Shown in pieces: positions 40,832 through 50,159 of a stretch of DNA of 64,000 nucleotides. Within the stretch, counting starts at the first letter, position 1, and each line of letters opens with the position of its first letter. The notes below the pieces were generated by a model, which did not search any database, was not told where the DNA came from, and was given only the letters and a program-made list of their open reading frames with translations. Source of the DNA: Candidatus Heimdallarchaeota archaeon (GTDB lineage: Archaea > Asgardarchaeota > Heimdallarchaeia > JABLTI01); the NCBI GenBank assembly GCA_018238155.1, contig JABCTZ010000032.1, positions 256,001-320,000 of the forward strand, written 5' to 3'. The translations under genes and the position numbers were made by a program.

Positions 40832-42343
40832 TTAGGGAGAAGGGAAATAATCACATTTTGGTAGATTTTGACACCCCCCCCAAGCTGCAATTTTTGCCTC
40901 GATTCTGTCCCATAAGTTTAGATCTTCTAGTTCACTAACTGAATAGTTTCTATCTAAACTACAGTAATTGTAAACCCAGCTATCCTCATGATTTTTGTCT
41001 TCCTCTAAATCTCTGCAATGCGCATGTAATAAGATATCTGAAAGATATTCTATTGCTAATTCTCTCACTTGTCTTCCAATATTATTTTCTTGGTCTTCAA
41101 CAGAAACGTTGACTCCAAACCAGTTATGAAATATTCTTGACACTATAAGAAGACGCTCAGCTGGAGGTAGCATAGTTTCTCCCAGAGCAATCAGATTTTC
41201 TTCACTAGGTAATGGAGTTATTTTACTATGTCCATTATATGGATCATCTCCATGACTAAGATACAAATCGTCATTTATGAAGCAGGGAAGAGCGTGACCT
41301 CGGACAGACATCTTTTTTACAGGTATGTTGATTACTCGACAAATACTTCTAAGAAAACCATTTGTTCCATGGCATCCAGCTGTAAAATGTCTCTTACCCC
41401 ACTCAGGATTGAAGGTACTGGTCGTTCCTTTAATAATTCGAGAAACGGGGGGATCTCCTCGATAATGCCATTGAGCATCCATTGAGCTCGTTATTGGACC
41501 ATATAAGTAATGGGTTAAATTTTCACGACACCAATTTATTATATTTGAAATAGCCTTCATTCTGTGAAGAGTATATAGATTTTCACTAGCTAGAAAAGAA
41601 TTAATTACACTAGGAGGTGCAGGAATTGCTCTTCCGAATGAATATGTCTTGAATAAATAACCACCAACATAAGTATTATTTATGTTTGATATAAGCTGAA
41701 ACATCTGCGTGCAATCAAATAGGTTTTCTAATTCTTCAGTGTTGTATGATCTAATTGACCAAGGAAGTCTTCCTTTTATTTCATTTGCCAAACATACTGC
41801 AAGATGAGCTAAGAATAAATGGCAAGCAAAAACTCCTGCAGTAACCGTGAATACTTGATCATCATCTTCTAAATTAGCATAATTTGGCAAAGGATCTGGA
41901 AGAAGTAAATTTTCATATGTTTGGTTTATCCATGCAGATTCGAAAGCCATTTTCAATGTATATTTGATTGTGTTATTCCAATCTGGGTAACTCAATATTT
42001 CTCCATTATCAAACTGAAACTTAATTGCATCTCGAATATTGGGATTATTATCAAGCCAAATGTCAAAATCAGGTGGATTGTAATTACAATCACACCGTAC
42101 TATAGGATTTATAAATTTAATAAAATTACTAGTCTTCCTTTTCATCTGATCTTTTCTTATATCTGCTGTAATTATCTGTTTATTCTCTTCTAATCCCTTA
42201 ACGTCTATAGCATCTATTATCTGCTGAGCTTTCTCTATTGGTAGCAAAATTTTCATATTGCCCAAAGTATCAATGGGTTTCAGTAAATTTTCAAAGTGAA
42301 TTTCCTCAATTTTCTTTTTACCTTTCTTATTTCCTATTTTCAT
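40832..42343 (-). CDS. Transglutaminase-like (Cys-His-Asp) domain protein
   Basis: AGCHGTNGFLRSICRVINIPV...GHA...GDDPY follows the TGc core spacing. Confidence 0.6.
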   Translation of the reverse strand: MKIGNKKGKKKIEEIHFENLLKPIDTLGNMKILLPIEKAQQIIDAIDVKGLEENKQIITADIRKDQMKRKTSNFIKFINPIVRCDCNYNPPDFDIWLDNNPNIRDAIKFQFDNGEILSYPDWNNTIKYTLKMAFESAWINQTYENLLLPDPLPNYANLEDDDQVFTVTAGVFACHLFLAHLAVCLANEIKGRLPWSIRSYNTEELENLFDCTQMFQLISNINNTYVGGYLFKTYSFGRAIPAPPSVINSFLASENLYTLHRMKAISNIINWCRENLTHYLYGPITSSMDAQWHYRGDPPVSRIIKGTTSTFNPEWGKRHFTAGCHGTNGFLRSICRVINIPVKKMSVRGHALPCFINDDLYLSHGDDPYNGHSKITPLPSEENLIALGETMLPPAERLLIVSRIFHNWFGVNVSVEDQENNIGRQVRELAIEYLSDILLHAHCRDLEEDKNHEDSWVYNYCSLDRNYSVSELEDLNLWDRIEAKIAAWGGCQNLPKCDYFPSP

Positions 42344-42453
42344 TTATAGCACCTTGTTTATAGAATTAGAATGATGATACATTCCCTCCAACTTGAAGAA
42401 AGTTTTTACAATAAATAAAATTTGTGCAAAAATATACCCGACAAAAGTAAAAG

Positions 42454-42562
42454 TGGTGGGCCCAGCCGGATTTGAACCAGCGACTTCCCGGTTTTTGAGA
42501 ACTGCAGTCTCGACTGTTTTTCTTATCAGCCGAGCGCTCTAACCAAGCTGAGCTACGGGCCC
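42454..42562 (-). tRNA. tRNA-Ile(GAT) with 31-nt intron at 37/38 (intron 42493-42523), CCA encoded
   Basis: GGGCCCG/TGGGCCC acceptor stem, D arm GCTC/GAGC, CTCGG-CT-GAT-A|intron|A-CCGGG, T arm GCTGG-TTCAAAT-CCGGC, ACCA. Confidence 0.95.
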
Positions 42563-42868
42563 CTTTGTATTGTTTTAATACTTCTGATTTTGACTTTTTT
42601 CACTTAAAAAAGTTTATGATTGGATTATATATTCTCTTTTTGGTTTGTTCAATCTATTCGTTTAATAGTTTTTACTCTTAAAGCTGTTTTACTTATTGTT
42701 AAAAAACAGTCTTTTCGTTTCTTACTTACTTTTATTATACTTTACCTACAAACCAAAGTTTAAAATAAACAAGTACAAACGTTATATTGAATTTAGAAAG
42801 CTAATTATAGGAAATTGACAAAAACATAGTATACTAAATTAGTAATATAAAATGGCAGGGAACTCAAC

Positions 42869-43447
42869 ATGTCACAAAATAATGGAAAAGCAATAAACGC
42901 AATCTTAAAATTAGTACTCCTAGGTGATGGTGCTGTAGGGAAAACAACTATGAGGCGCCAATTTCTTGGTGAAGGATTTAAAGCAGGTTATTCTGCAACC
43001 ATTGGTGCTGATTTTGCTATTAAAAGAATCAATCTTGAAAATTATCGTTTAACATTTCAGATTTGGGATTTAGCAGGTCAACAAAGATTCGCTGCTGTTA
43101 GGGAATTATACTATCGAGGTTCTCGTGGTGCTTTGTTAGTTTTTGATGTTACTAACCCCAGTTCATTTAACAATCTCCCCACTTGGCTTGAAGAGCTCTG
43201 GAAAAAAGCCGGTCGTGTTCCTATGATTCTCTGTGGAAACAAAATTGATCTTCGTTCTGAAGTTCCTAAAAGCATCGCTCCCGAATTAGGTCAAGAATAC
43301 GCGAGAAGACTTTCAGAAGCATTAGGGTATGAAGTTCCTTATATTGAAACCAGTGCTAAAACCGGCGAGAAAGTTAATGAGGCCTTCTTCATGCTTGGTT
43401 TGAGTATTATTCGTTCTGTTAAAAAACCAAAAACTATTCTCGAATGA
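42869..43447 (+). CDS. Rab-like small GTPase
   Basis: GDGAVGKT, TIGADF, FQIWDLAGQQRF, YYRGS, LVFDVT, NKID, ETSAK. Confidence 0.93.
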   Translation: MSQNNGKAINAILKLVLLGDGAVGKTTMRRQFLGEGFKAGYSATIGADFAIKRINLENYRLTFQIWDLAGQQRFAAVRELYYRGSRGALLVFDVTNPSSFNNLPTWLEELWKKAGRVPMILCGNKIDLRSEVPKSIAPELGQEYARRLSEALGYEVPYIETSAKTGEKVNEAFFMLGLSIIRSVKKPKTILE

Positions 43448-43636
43448 TATGTGATAGACTTTCTATCTCATCATTTTTTTTCTTTTTCCCTTCCGCAATG
43501 ATTACTATTTTAAAGTAGTATGTTTATCTATCATTTGCCTTAATCGATTCTGCAGTATAGCAAATCCTTTAAAGGAATACTCTTTCACAATAAAAAGAGA
43601 ATTTTAAATTTAATTGTATATGGAGCTTGAATAAAA

Positions 43637-44206
43637 GTGAGTAGACCTCAAAAATCATCAGTATATAAAGTAGTTTTACTTGGAGACGGTGCTGTCGGTA
43701 AAACGAGCATTAGACAACAATATCTTGGAAAAGGGTTCAAAGAAGGTTACTCTATGACCATTGGCGCAGATTTCTGCGTTAAACGTGTTGAGCTCTCTGA
43801 TATGATTATTACCTTTCAAATATGGGATCTTGCAGGTCAACAAAGATTTGATGTAGTTCGAGAAGTATATTATCGCGGTAGTAGTGGTGCATTATTGATT
43901 TTTGATGTTTCAAATCCAGGCTCCTTTGAGAATTTACCTGCTTGGTTAAATGAATTAACCAAAAACAATTACGATCGTATTGTTCCCATTGTTTTAATTG
44001 GAAATAAAACTGATTTACGTGGAACGGCTCCTTGTTTACCTAAAGAAGCAGGACAACAATATGCCGCTGCTTTAACCCAATGGACTGGTTTTGATGTGCC
44101 TTATCTTGAAACATCAGCAAAATCTGGTATAAATATTGAAAAGGCATTTGGTCTTCTTTCAAAGCAAATTGAACTTTTCTTAGATAAATATAGACTACGA
44201 GGATAA
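43637..44206 (+). CDS. Rab-like small GTPase (tandem paralog)
   Basis: GDGAVGKT, TIGADF, FQIWDLAGQQRF, YYRGS, LIFDVS, NKTD, ETSAK. Confidence 0.93.
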   Translation: MSRPQKSSVYKVVLLGDGAVGKTSIRQQYLGKGFKEGYSMTIGADFCVKRVELSDMIITFQIWDLAGQQRFDVVREVYYRGSSGALLIFDVSNPGSFENLPAWLNELTKNNYDRIVPIVLIGNKTDLRGTAPCLPKEAGQQYAAALTQWTGFDVPYLETSAKSGINIEKAFGLLSKQIELFLDKYRLRG

Positions 44207-44328
44207 CCTCGTTTTCTCACCTCCTTTTTATGTTCGGTTCTTAAGAAATCCTTTTTAATGAAAAATGTTCGAAATAGTCAAAGAATACTACTTAGTGATA
44301 TTATAAAGTTAAAGGATGAGTCAAATTT

Positions 44329-44832
44329 ATGTCAAAAACAAAGAAAAGTAGTAAAGATGCAAAAAAGGTTGAAGAAGACGTTCCTCTTATGGAGCGATTG
44401 CCATCAAATTTGCCTTTTGCACCTATGGTTCGAAGACCTGATTACCAACTGAGATTTGTAAAACTCTCAGTTCCAACATCTATACCAATTGAGATAATAA
44501 TCGCGGTAGTATTTATTGGATTATTCTTTATCTATATGGGCGGATTTTATGATTTAGCTCAAGACAATATAAGCGCTTTTGGTTCTGGTCAAGATGGTAA
44601 TCCAATAGTAATTTATCCCGGACAATTAGATTCTCAATTTCTTGTAGAAGGAATGGCTGCAGGACTACTAATGTTTATTGGAGCTGGTGGTTTCTTTATG
44701 CTTTATTATTCAACACAATATGCTTATTCGCCAAAAAATGCCACTATTCTTTTAGTAGTTGGAATTGGCATTGTCGGACTTGCATGGATAGCAATAATGT
44801 ATATGTTGCTTTCGAAAATGGGTATTTGGTGA
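44329..44832 (+). CDS. OST3/OST6/OSTC(DC2)-like oligosaccharyltransferase accessory subunit
   Basis: 3 TM helices; GGFYDL...P.VIYPGQLDSQFLVEG.AAG.L..IG.GGF matches the OSTC GG.IYD...GQYIMEGL pattern. Confidence 0.75.
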   Translation: MSKTKKSSKDAKKVEEDVPLMERLPSNLPFAPMVRRPDYQLRFVKLSVPTSIPIEIIIAVVFIGLFFIYMGGFYDLAQDNISAFGSGQDGNPIVIYPGQLDSQFLVEGMAAGLLMFIGAGGFFMLYYSTQYAYSPKNATILLVVGIGIVGLAWIAIMYMLLSKMGIW

Positions 44833-44982
44833 GAATATAAATTTACGAAGGAAGGCTTTTTTGCTTTGCTTCATTTTTCATTTCTTTCTGCTTGATCTAA
44901 AATGATTTGAAATAAGCTGGGATTAGTAGGAGAAAAATATGTGATTGTATTAATATCAATCACAGAGAAAAAAATAGCTATT

Positions 44983-45393
44983 TTACTTTTCATCTTTAAA
45001 TTGTTTTTCGATTAATTCCTGGAAAACTTTCTTCTTTTTTGCCCCTGAAAATTGACCAATTACTTTCCCTTCTTTAAAGAGATAAAATGTTGGGACATAT
45101 CTAATTTGATATTGAATTGCTGCTTGCCTTTCATGATCCGTATTAATTTTACCAAAAGCAACTTTTCCTTTATAGATTTCAGCTAAATCCTGTGTTATTG
45201 GGTCCATTATTTTACAAGGTGGACACCAAGTAGCATAGAAATCAACTATTACATTTTTGTTATTATTGATAAATGGTTGAAGATCTTTGTTCTTTAAAAC
45301 CGTAACTTCTCCGCTTGCACTTTGATTTTGATTCATAATATCACTAACAATTTTTGCTTTTATTTGTTCTAATTCTTTATCTTCTAAACTCAA
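44983..45393 (-). CDS. Thioredoxin
   Basis: VDFYATWCPPCK, VPTF; archaeal-type N-terminal helix. Confidence 0.92.
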   Translation of the reverse strand: MSLEDKELEQIKAKIVSDIMNQNQSASGEVTVLKNKDLQPFINNNKNVIVDFYATWCPPCKIMDPITQDLAEIYKGKVAFGKINTDHERQAAIQYQIRYVPTFYLFKEGKVIGQFSGAKKKKVFQELIEKQFKDEK

Positions 45394-45750
45394 TTTTATT
45401 ACCTCGTATAAGTTTTACTCTTAATAAGTTTTTCAAGAGACCCAATTACAAATTACATTGGATACCTTGATAACTGTTTTTTATCAGCTATAAGATATGA
45501 GCTGAATAAATTTACTACTGAAATTATTTAAGTTTTCTATTTTAGAAACTAAGTTTTGATTTACTTTCTTTCTTTCTTTCTTTCTTAAGTTTACTCTATT
45601 TAATTTAACTTTCAATAAGAAAATCTTTAGTATAGAAAGACAGTAAATAATATTAACTACAATAGCACAGTTAGTTATTAGTAATAGTGTTTATTCACTT
45701 CCTCCCAATGATGAACCTTCAAAAGAAGACAGTAAGGAAAGTATGTTACA

Positions 45751-47277
45751 ATGGCTGAAATGGAACTTTATATGATTCTCGGAGTTACAGGTATCTTTGT
45801 GTTAGTTATCGGTGCAATCCTTTGGAATCAAATTAGACAGACAAAAAAGAAAAGTAATCTAAGCGAATCTGCTCATATTAGTCCATCTAGTTTTAATGCC
45901 GAAGATAAGACAAAAATGCTCTTTCGTTTGGACAAACGAGAAACACAACTAAGAAGAGAACGTATCTTAGAAGGGGGCACTTTACCTGAACTATCGGAAT
46001 TAGTTATTTACTCACCTGTTAAGAGTGAAAAAATAGATTCTAAAGAAGTTGATATCAGAGGCAAAGTAGCAATTAAATCTATTGTATGGATAAATTGTCA
46101 AGCTGCCTTTGTTGATGTAGATGGTTCTTTTATTGGTTCAGTTCCTCTAACTCGAGGTAAAAATAATCTTGAAATTGTTGTAATAGGTCCATATGGGAAA
46201 TCAATTTATACATCATTTGATGTTAATTGCACTTCAAAAGAAGCACCAAATTTACCTGCCGGTGCTAGTATGCTCTTACCTAATATTGGACTTGATATAC
46301 ATACTAAAACAAGTACTGAATCGTTTATCCCTGATTCAGAAAATGTTTCTGCAGAAGATGGAGTGCCTGCAATGAAATACGCTTCTATTTCTGATCCAAT
46401 TATCGTCTCTGAAAATGAAATTGATCCCTCTGTTTTGGCTGCTTTAAAGGGTGACCCAATAGTAGATACTCCAGTTGATATTCCTGACATCCCTGATATC
46501 GGTAGCATAGAAGCAGAAGAAACAATGGAAATTCCGGATATCCCCGATATTTTGGGCGATGAAACGGTTGATGAAGTTCAGATACCTGATATCCCTGATG
46601 TAAATCTAGATGAGGAAGATGAAGCGTCTGAAGAATCTTCTATCACAGAAGACTCAAAAGCAATTGAAGAATCTGTAAAAATCATTGAAGAAACAATAAA
46701 AATTGAAGAAGAAAGTGAAAAAGATGAAAGTCAATTTCCATTAGATAAAATGCTTCCAATCCAACCTGGCGATAAAGTGAAAGAGGTGGAAGAGGAAAAA
46801 ATTGAGCTTTCTGAATTTCAACCATTAAAACAAACCATTGTTGGTCTTCAAGAATTAACGGTAGAAACCACTCATCAAAAATTAAATGATGAGCGCTCGA
46901 CTGAAATTTTGCTACATTCAGGTTTCATCTCCAGAGAAGATGGAGAACAAATTAAAGTGGTAAAAATAGAGAAACGGATCGAGAAAATTGATGATAAATG
47001 GTTCTCAACACTCGGTATAGCAAATTTAACTGATGCAGAACTAAGTCTGATAGAAATTTCTGAATATATATCCGGAACGTTCAAGATAAAGGATATGCTC
47101 CCTGTGAATGTTTTAGAACCAATTATTGGTACTTCACCTGAAGGTGTAAAAATCACCTGGACAATTAATGAGGTGAAACCACAAATGAAATTGTTCATAA
47201 CATATAATGAAGATATTAATCCGTTAACACTAATCTCTGAAGAACAAAAAACACCAAAAATAACTATTAGAAGATAG
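45751..47277 (+). CDS. Membrane-anchored protein with Ig-like domains and acidic low-complexity linker
   Basis: N-terminal TM helix, DG.F...VPL..GKN.LEI Ig-like segment, three xIPDIPD repeats, C-terminal beta domain. Confidence 0.7.
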   Translation: MAEMELYMILGVTGIFVLVIGAILWNQIRQTKKKSNLSESAHISPSSFNAEDKTKMLFRLDKRETQLRRERILEGGTLPELSELVIYSPVKSEKIDSKEVDIRGKVAIKSIVWINCQAAFVDVDGSFIGSVPLTRGKNNLEIVVIGPYGKSIYTSFDVNCTSKEAPNLPAGASMLLPNIGLDIHTKTSTESFIPDSENVSAEDGVPAMKYASISDPIIVSENEIDPSVLAALKGDPIVDTPVDIPDIPDIGSIEAEETMEIPDIPDILGDETVDEVQIPDIPDVNLDEEDEASEESSITEDSKAIEESVKIIEETIKIEEESEKDESQFPLDKMLPIQPGDKVKEVEEEKIELSEFQPLKQTIVGLQELTVETTHQKLNDERSTEILLHSGFISREDGEQIKVVKIEKRIEKIDDKWFSTLGIANLTDAELSLIEISEYISGTFKIKDMLPVNVLEPIIGTSPEGVKITWTINEVKPQMKLFITYNEDINPLTLISEEQKTPKITIRR

Positions 47278-47286
47278 GTCATATCC

Positions 47287-48606
47287 CTATATTCTAATTA
47301 TTTTTTTCTTCTTTAATTGAATGTATTTTGAGAAAATCTTTTTTAGCACTTGATAATCTGTCAAGATTCCTTTTGGACCTGATTTTACTTTTCGAAGTCT
47401 AAGTGGAACTGAATCCATTCTATATGCAGTACCTGTTGATTCAACACCTGAAATTGTTACTGGAAAAACTACTTCAGCTAAGCGTGTTGTAGGTGTTTCG
47501 TATGGATCTAGTGCAATAACAGGTATCTGAGAGAAATGGTTCATTACTTTTCTAGGAGAATTTCCGACTGGATCTGAAGCAACAATAAATGCTGCATCAG
47601 CTTCTTGTTGAGATAATACACTGGCCATAGAAAATTCTCCGGGATTATATTGAGGAAATCCTCTTGTAAGAGAAACTGCAAATGGATAACCAGATATCCA
47701 AGTAATTACATTTTGAGCTCCCGTGACATTATAGTGACCTCGAAGTGGCATAACATAGAATTTTGTATGTTCATTTAAATCGCGAACTAAGCTTAATGCA
47801 GCATCTACATTTCTATGTTTGCCTTTTGTAGTAGCTAAACCCAAACCAAAGAAAATCACTCCATGTTTTGCCTTTTTCATTATTTCAGCTAATTGTTGAA
47901 TTTTCTCTATCGGAATGCCTGCGACTACATTCTCTGTTATTTCTCTGCCCCGAAGTATTGCTCTTAGAGCACTAATGAATTCAAAATCACCATCTGGTTC
48001 GATTTGTATGAAATGATTAGCTAATTTTGCCGTTTCTGTAAAACGTATGTCAATTACCACAACAGTCCGTTCTTGAAATCCTTTTTCTCGAAAATAACCT
48101 CTTGGAAAAGTTGTATATCTACTCATATGTCTTGGATGTGCTTCCATTGGATTACAACCAAGATAAATAATGAGGTCAGATCTGTTCCTGATTTCTCCCA
48201 AAGTACAACCAGCTAAACCAATTTCTTGTATACCCATAACAGAAGGTCCATGACAAACAGAAGGACAATGATCCCAAATTGCTCCTGCTTCTTCAGCTAA
48301 TTTTATGCTTTCTTTGTGAGCTTCAGCTTCTGTTGAACCGAATCCATAGAAGATTGGAAATTCTGCTTCAAAAAGTATTTCTGCCGCTTTCACAGCTGCT
48401 TCATCATAACTTACCGGGGTGAATATACCGTCAATTTTTATCAATGGAGAGAGGAGTCTTTTTCCATCTTTATTCCCTGTGATTTTAACTGCTCCTAATT
48501 GGCAAGCATTTTTTACTTCAATTATTTCTTCCTTTTCTAAAACAACTTCAATATCATCACAGAGACTTCCACAGAAAGGGCAAACTACATCTTTAACTAC
48601 TTTCAA
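47287..48606 (-). CDS. fwdB: Formylmethanofuran dehydrogenase subunit B
   Basis: CPFCGSLCDD, VCHGPS, NPMEAHPRH.SRY, RGHYNV.G, GTAYRMD.VP. Confidence 0.95.
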   Translation of the reverse strand: MKVVKDVVCPFCGSLCDDIEVVLEKEEIIEVKNACQLGAVKITGNKDGKRLLSPLIKIDGIFTPVSYDEAAVKAAEILFEAEFPIFYGFGSTEAEAHKESIKLAEEAGAIWDHCPSVCHGPSVMGIQEIGLAGCTLGEIRNRSDLIIYLGCNPMEAHPRHMSRYTTFPRGYFREKGFQERTVVVIDIRFTETAKLANHFIQIEPDGDFEFISALRAILRGREITENVVAGIPIEKIQQLAEIMKKAKHGVIFFGLGLATTKGKHRNVDAALSLVRDLNEHTKFYVMPLRGHYNVTGAQNVITWISGYPFAVSLTRGFPQYNPGEFSMASVLSQQEADAAFIVASDPVGNSPRKVMNHFSQIPVIALDPYETPTTRLAEVVFPVTISGVESTGTAYRMDSVPLRLRKVKSGPKGILTDYQVLKKIFSKYIQLKKKKIIRI

Positions 48607-48631
48607 ATTTAATCACCAATAGATAGTTGTT

Positions 48632-49063
48632 CTAACTGATTTTTTTGGCTTGTTTTTCTAATATTTGAACAAGTTCCTCTACTTCAAGTATTTTTTCTTT
48701 TGTTGGAGTAATCTTTGCATTGACACCTTTATATTGTGGAACCCCAATGCCTGCTGATCCTGGAGGTGTAATCCAATTTGCGTACATACCGAGCGGCATA
48801 AAGATAATCCCTTCATGTGGAGCATCTTTAGAAAGTCTCGCACTAACAGTAATTTCTCCTTCAGAAGTAGAAATTTTGACGTTATCATTTTCTTTTACAT
48901 CAAGTTTCTCCATATCTTTAGGATCTAAGTAGCAAACTCCAGTAGCTATTCTGGCTTTCTCAGAAATTTTAATGCCAACCAAAGTGACTCCTTGTTCTAT
49001 TGTTCTACCTGAGGTAAATATTACTTCCAAAGAAGGCTTTTGTTCAGACATGCTAATAATCAA
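48632..49063 (-). CDS. fwdD: Formylmethanofuran dehydrogenase subunit D
   Basis: SGRTIEQG, IFMPLG.YAN, G.P.YKG. Confidence 0.92.
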   Translation of the reverse strand: MIISMSEQKPSLEVIFTSGRTIEQGVTLVGIKISEKARIATGVCYLDPKDMEKLDVKENDNVKISTSEGEITVSARLSKDAPHEGIIFMPLGMYANWITPPGSAGIGVPQYKGVNAKITPTKEKILEVEELVQILEKQAKKIS

Positions 49064-49134
49064 CTATTCTATCTTTTTTTTCTAGTTTTAATTCTTTTTA
49101 TTAGATTTCTTACGAAGAGATTAATTTAGCTTTG

Positions 49135-49668
49135 TTAGAATTTACTAGCTATTTTTTCTGCAAGCTCTGTTCTTTGAATCTCTTGATTTATACTTCTTAT
49201 TATTTGATTTATTATTATTGCTTGCACACCTGCAGTTAAAAGATCCCAATTACTAATATAAGGTGCCAAATAAAGCGATATATCATTATTATCAGAAATC
49301 AGATTTAATTGAAGCGAATGTTGAATAATTTGAGCAAAATCAGGATATTGGCTAATTTTTGAAATACATTCTTCTCGTATATCATCAACAAAATCATCCA
49401 AAAAATGAAGGTTTTTTTTAGTTATTGCTTTCAAAGTAAGTAGAACACTATTCAAATTATCAATGCTTGCTTTTTTGAAGTTGAAATTCTTGAATCTATC
49501 TGAATTTGTTCCAGATTGTTGTAAAACTAAGGCTTCAACAAGTAGTGTTGCTTCATCTAAGGTATGTGTAAATTCCTCAGCAGCTTGTTTTATTCTAGGT
49601 CGTAAATATCTTCGATTTTTGAACATGACTGAAACCTGTTGTGTTTTTACATCGTAATAAAAGAACAT
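49135..49668 (-). CDS. Hypothetical protein inside the fwd cluster
   Basis: 177-aa ORF co-oriented with fwdD-fwdB. Confidence 0.55.
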   Translation of the reverse strand: MFFYYDVKTQQVSVMFKNRRYLRPRIKQAAEEFTHTLDEATLLVEALVLQQSGTNSDRFKNFNFKKASIDNLNSVLLTLKAITKKNLHFLDDFVDDIREECISKISQYPDFAQIIQHSLQLNLISDNNDISLYLAPYISNWDLLTAGVQAIIINQIIRSINQEIQRTELAEKIASKF

Positions 49669-49807
49669 TTAAACCTATTTTTCTAGTTGATATTACATGA
49701 AAAACCTCTTCTATAATATCAAAAGAGAATGATTGTTGTACAATTAATTAATGCTTTAACAAGAAAATATAAGAATATTAAAAAAACAGAAATTATCTCA
49801 TCCAAGA

Positions 49808-50116
49808 GTGTTTCCTTTGCCAGTCCATGAACGAATTACTTACCGAATTGCTATTGATGCATCTCTCTGTAACGGTTGTAATAATTGTACAACTGCTTGT
49901 CCAGTAAATGCTGTTCTGGGTGAAGATGAACGATTTGACACCGAAGAGGATCCCAGGGTAATTGCAATAAAAAATGGTGTTGCAGTTGTTATTAATCCCT
50001 TTAGATGTGATGGAGACGGAGTCTGTATGATTGTTTGTCCGCAAAATTGTATTTCTATTGAATTTATTCCATTAGATGAGTATATTGAAGTTGAACGGGA
50101 AACTTCCAAAACTTAA
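49808..50116 (+). CDS. 2x[4Fe-4S] ferredoxin (FwdG-like)
   Basis: CNGCNNCTTACP and CDGDGVCMIVCP. Confidence 0.85.
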   Translation: MFPLPVHERITYRIAIDASLCNGCNNCTTACPVNAVLGEDERFDTEEDPRVIAIKNGVAVVINPFRCDGDGVCMIVCPQNCISIEFIPLDEYIEVERETSKT

Positions 50117-50159
50117 TTTTAGCTTTATTAAAAAATTCAGAATTATTGAGGTTAAAAAA

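Noticed and set aside
45566-45587. (TTTC)n microsatellite; also (ATT)n at about 59347-59368
   Set aside because: Short low-complexity runs are expected in AT-rich intergenic DNA, and there is no evidence of phase variation.
47287-48606. Selenocysteine recoding in FwdB
   Set aside because: The active-site position is an ordinary Cys (VCHGP) and the ORF has no in-frame TGA.
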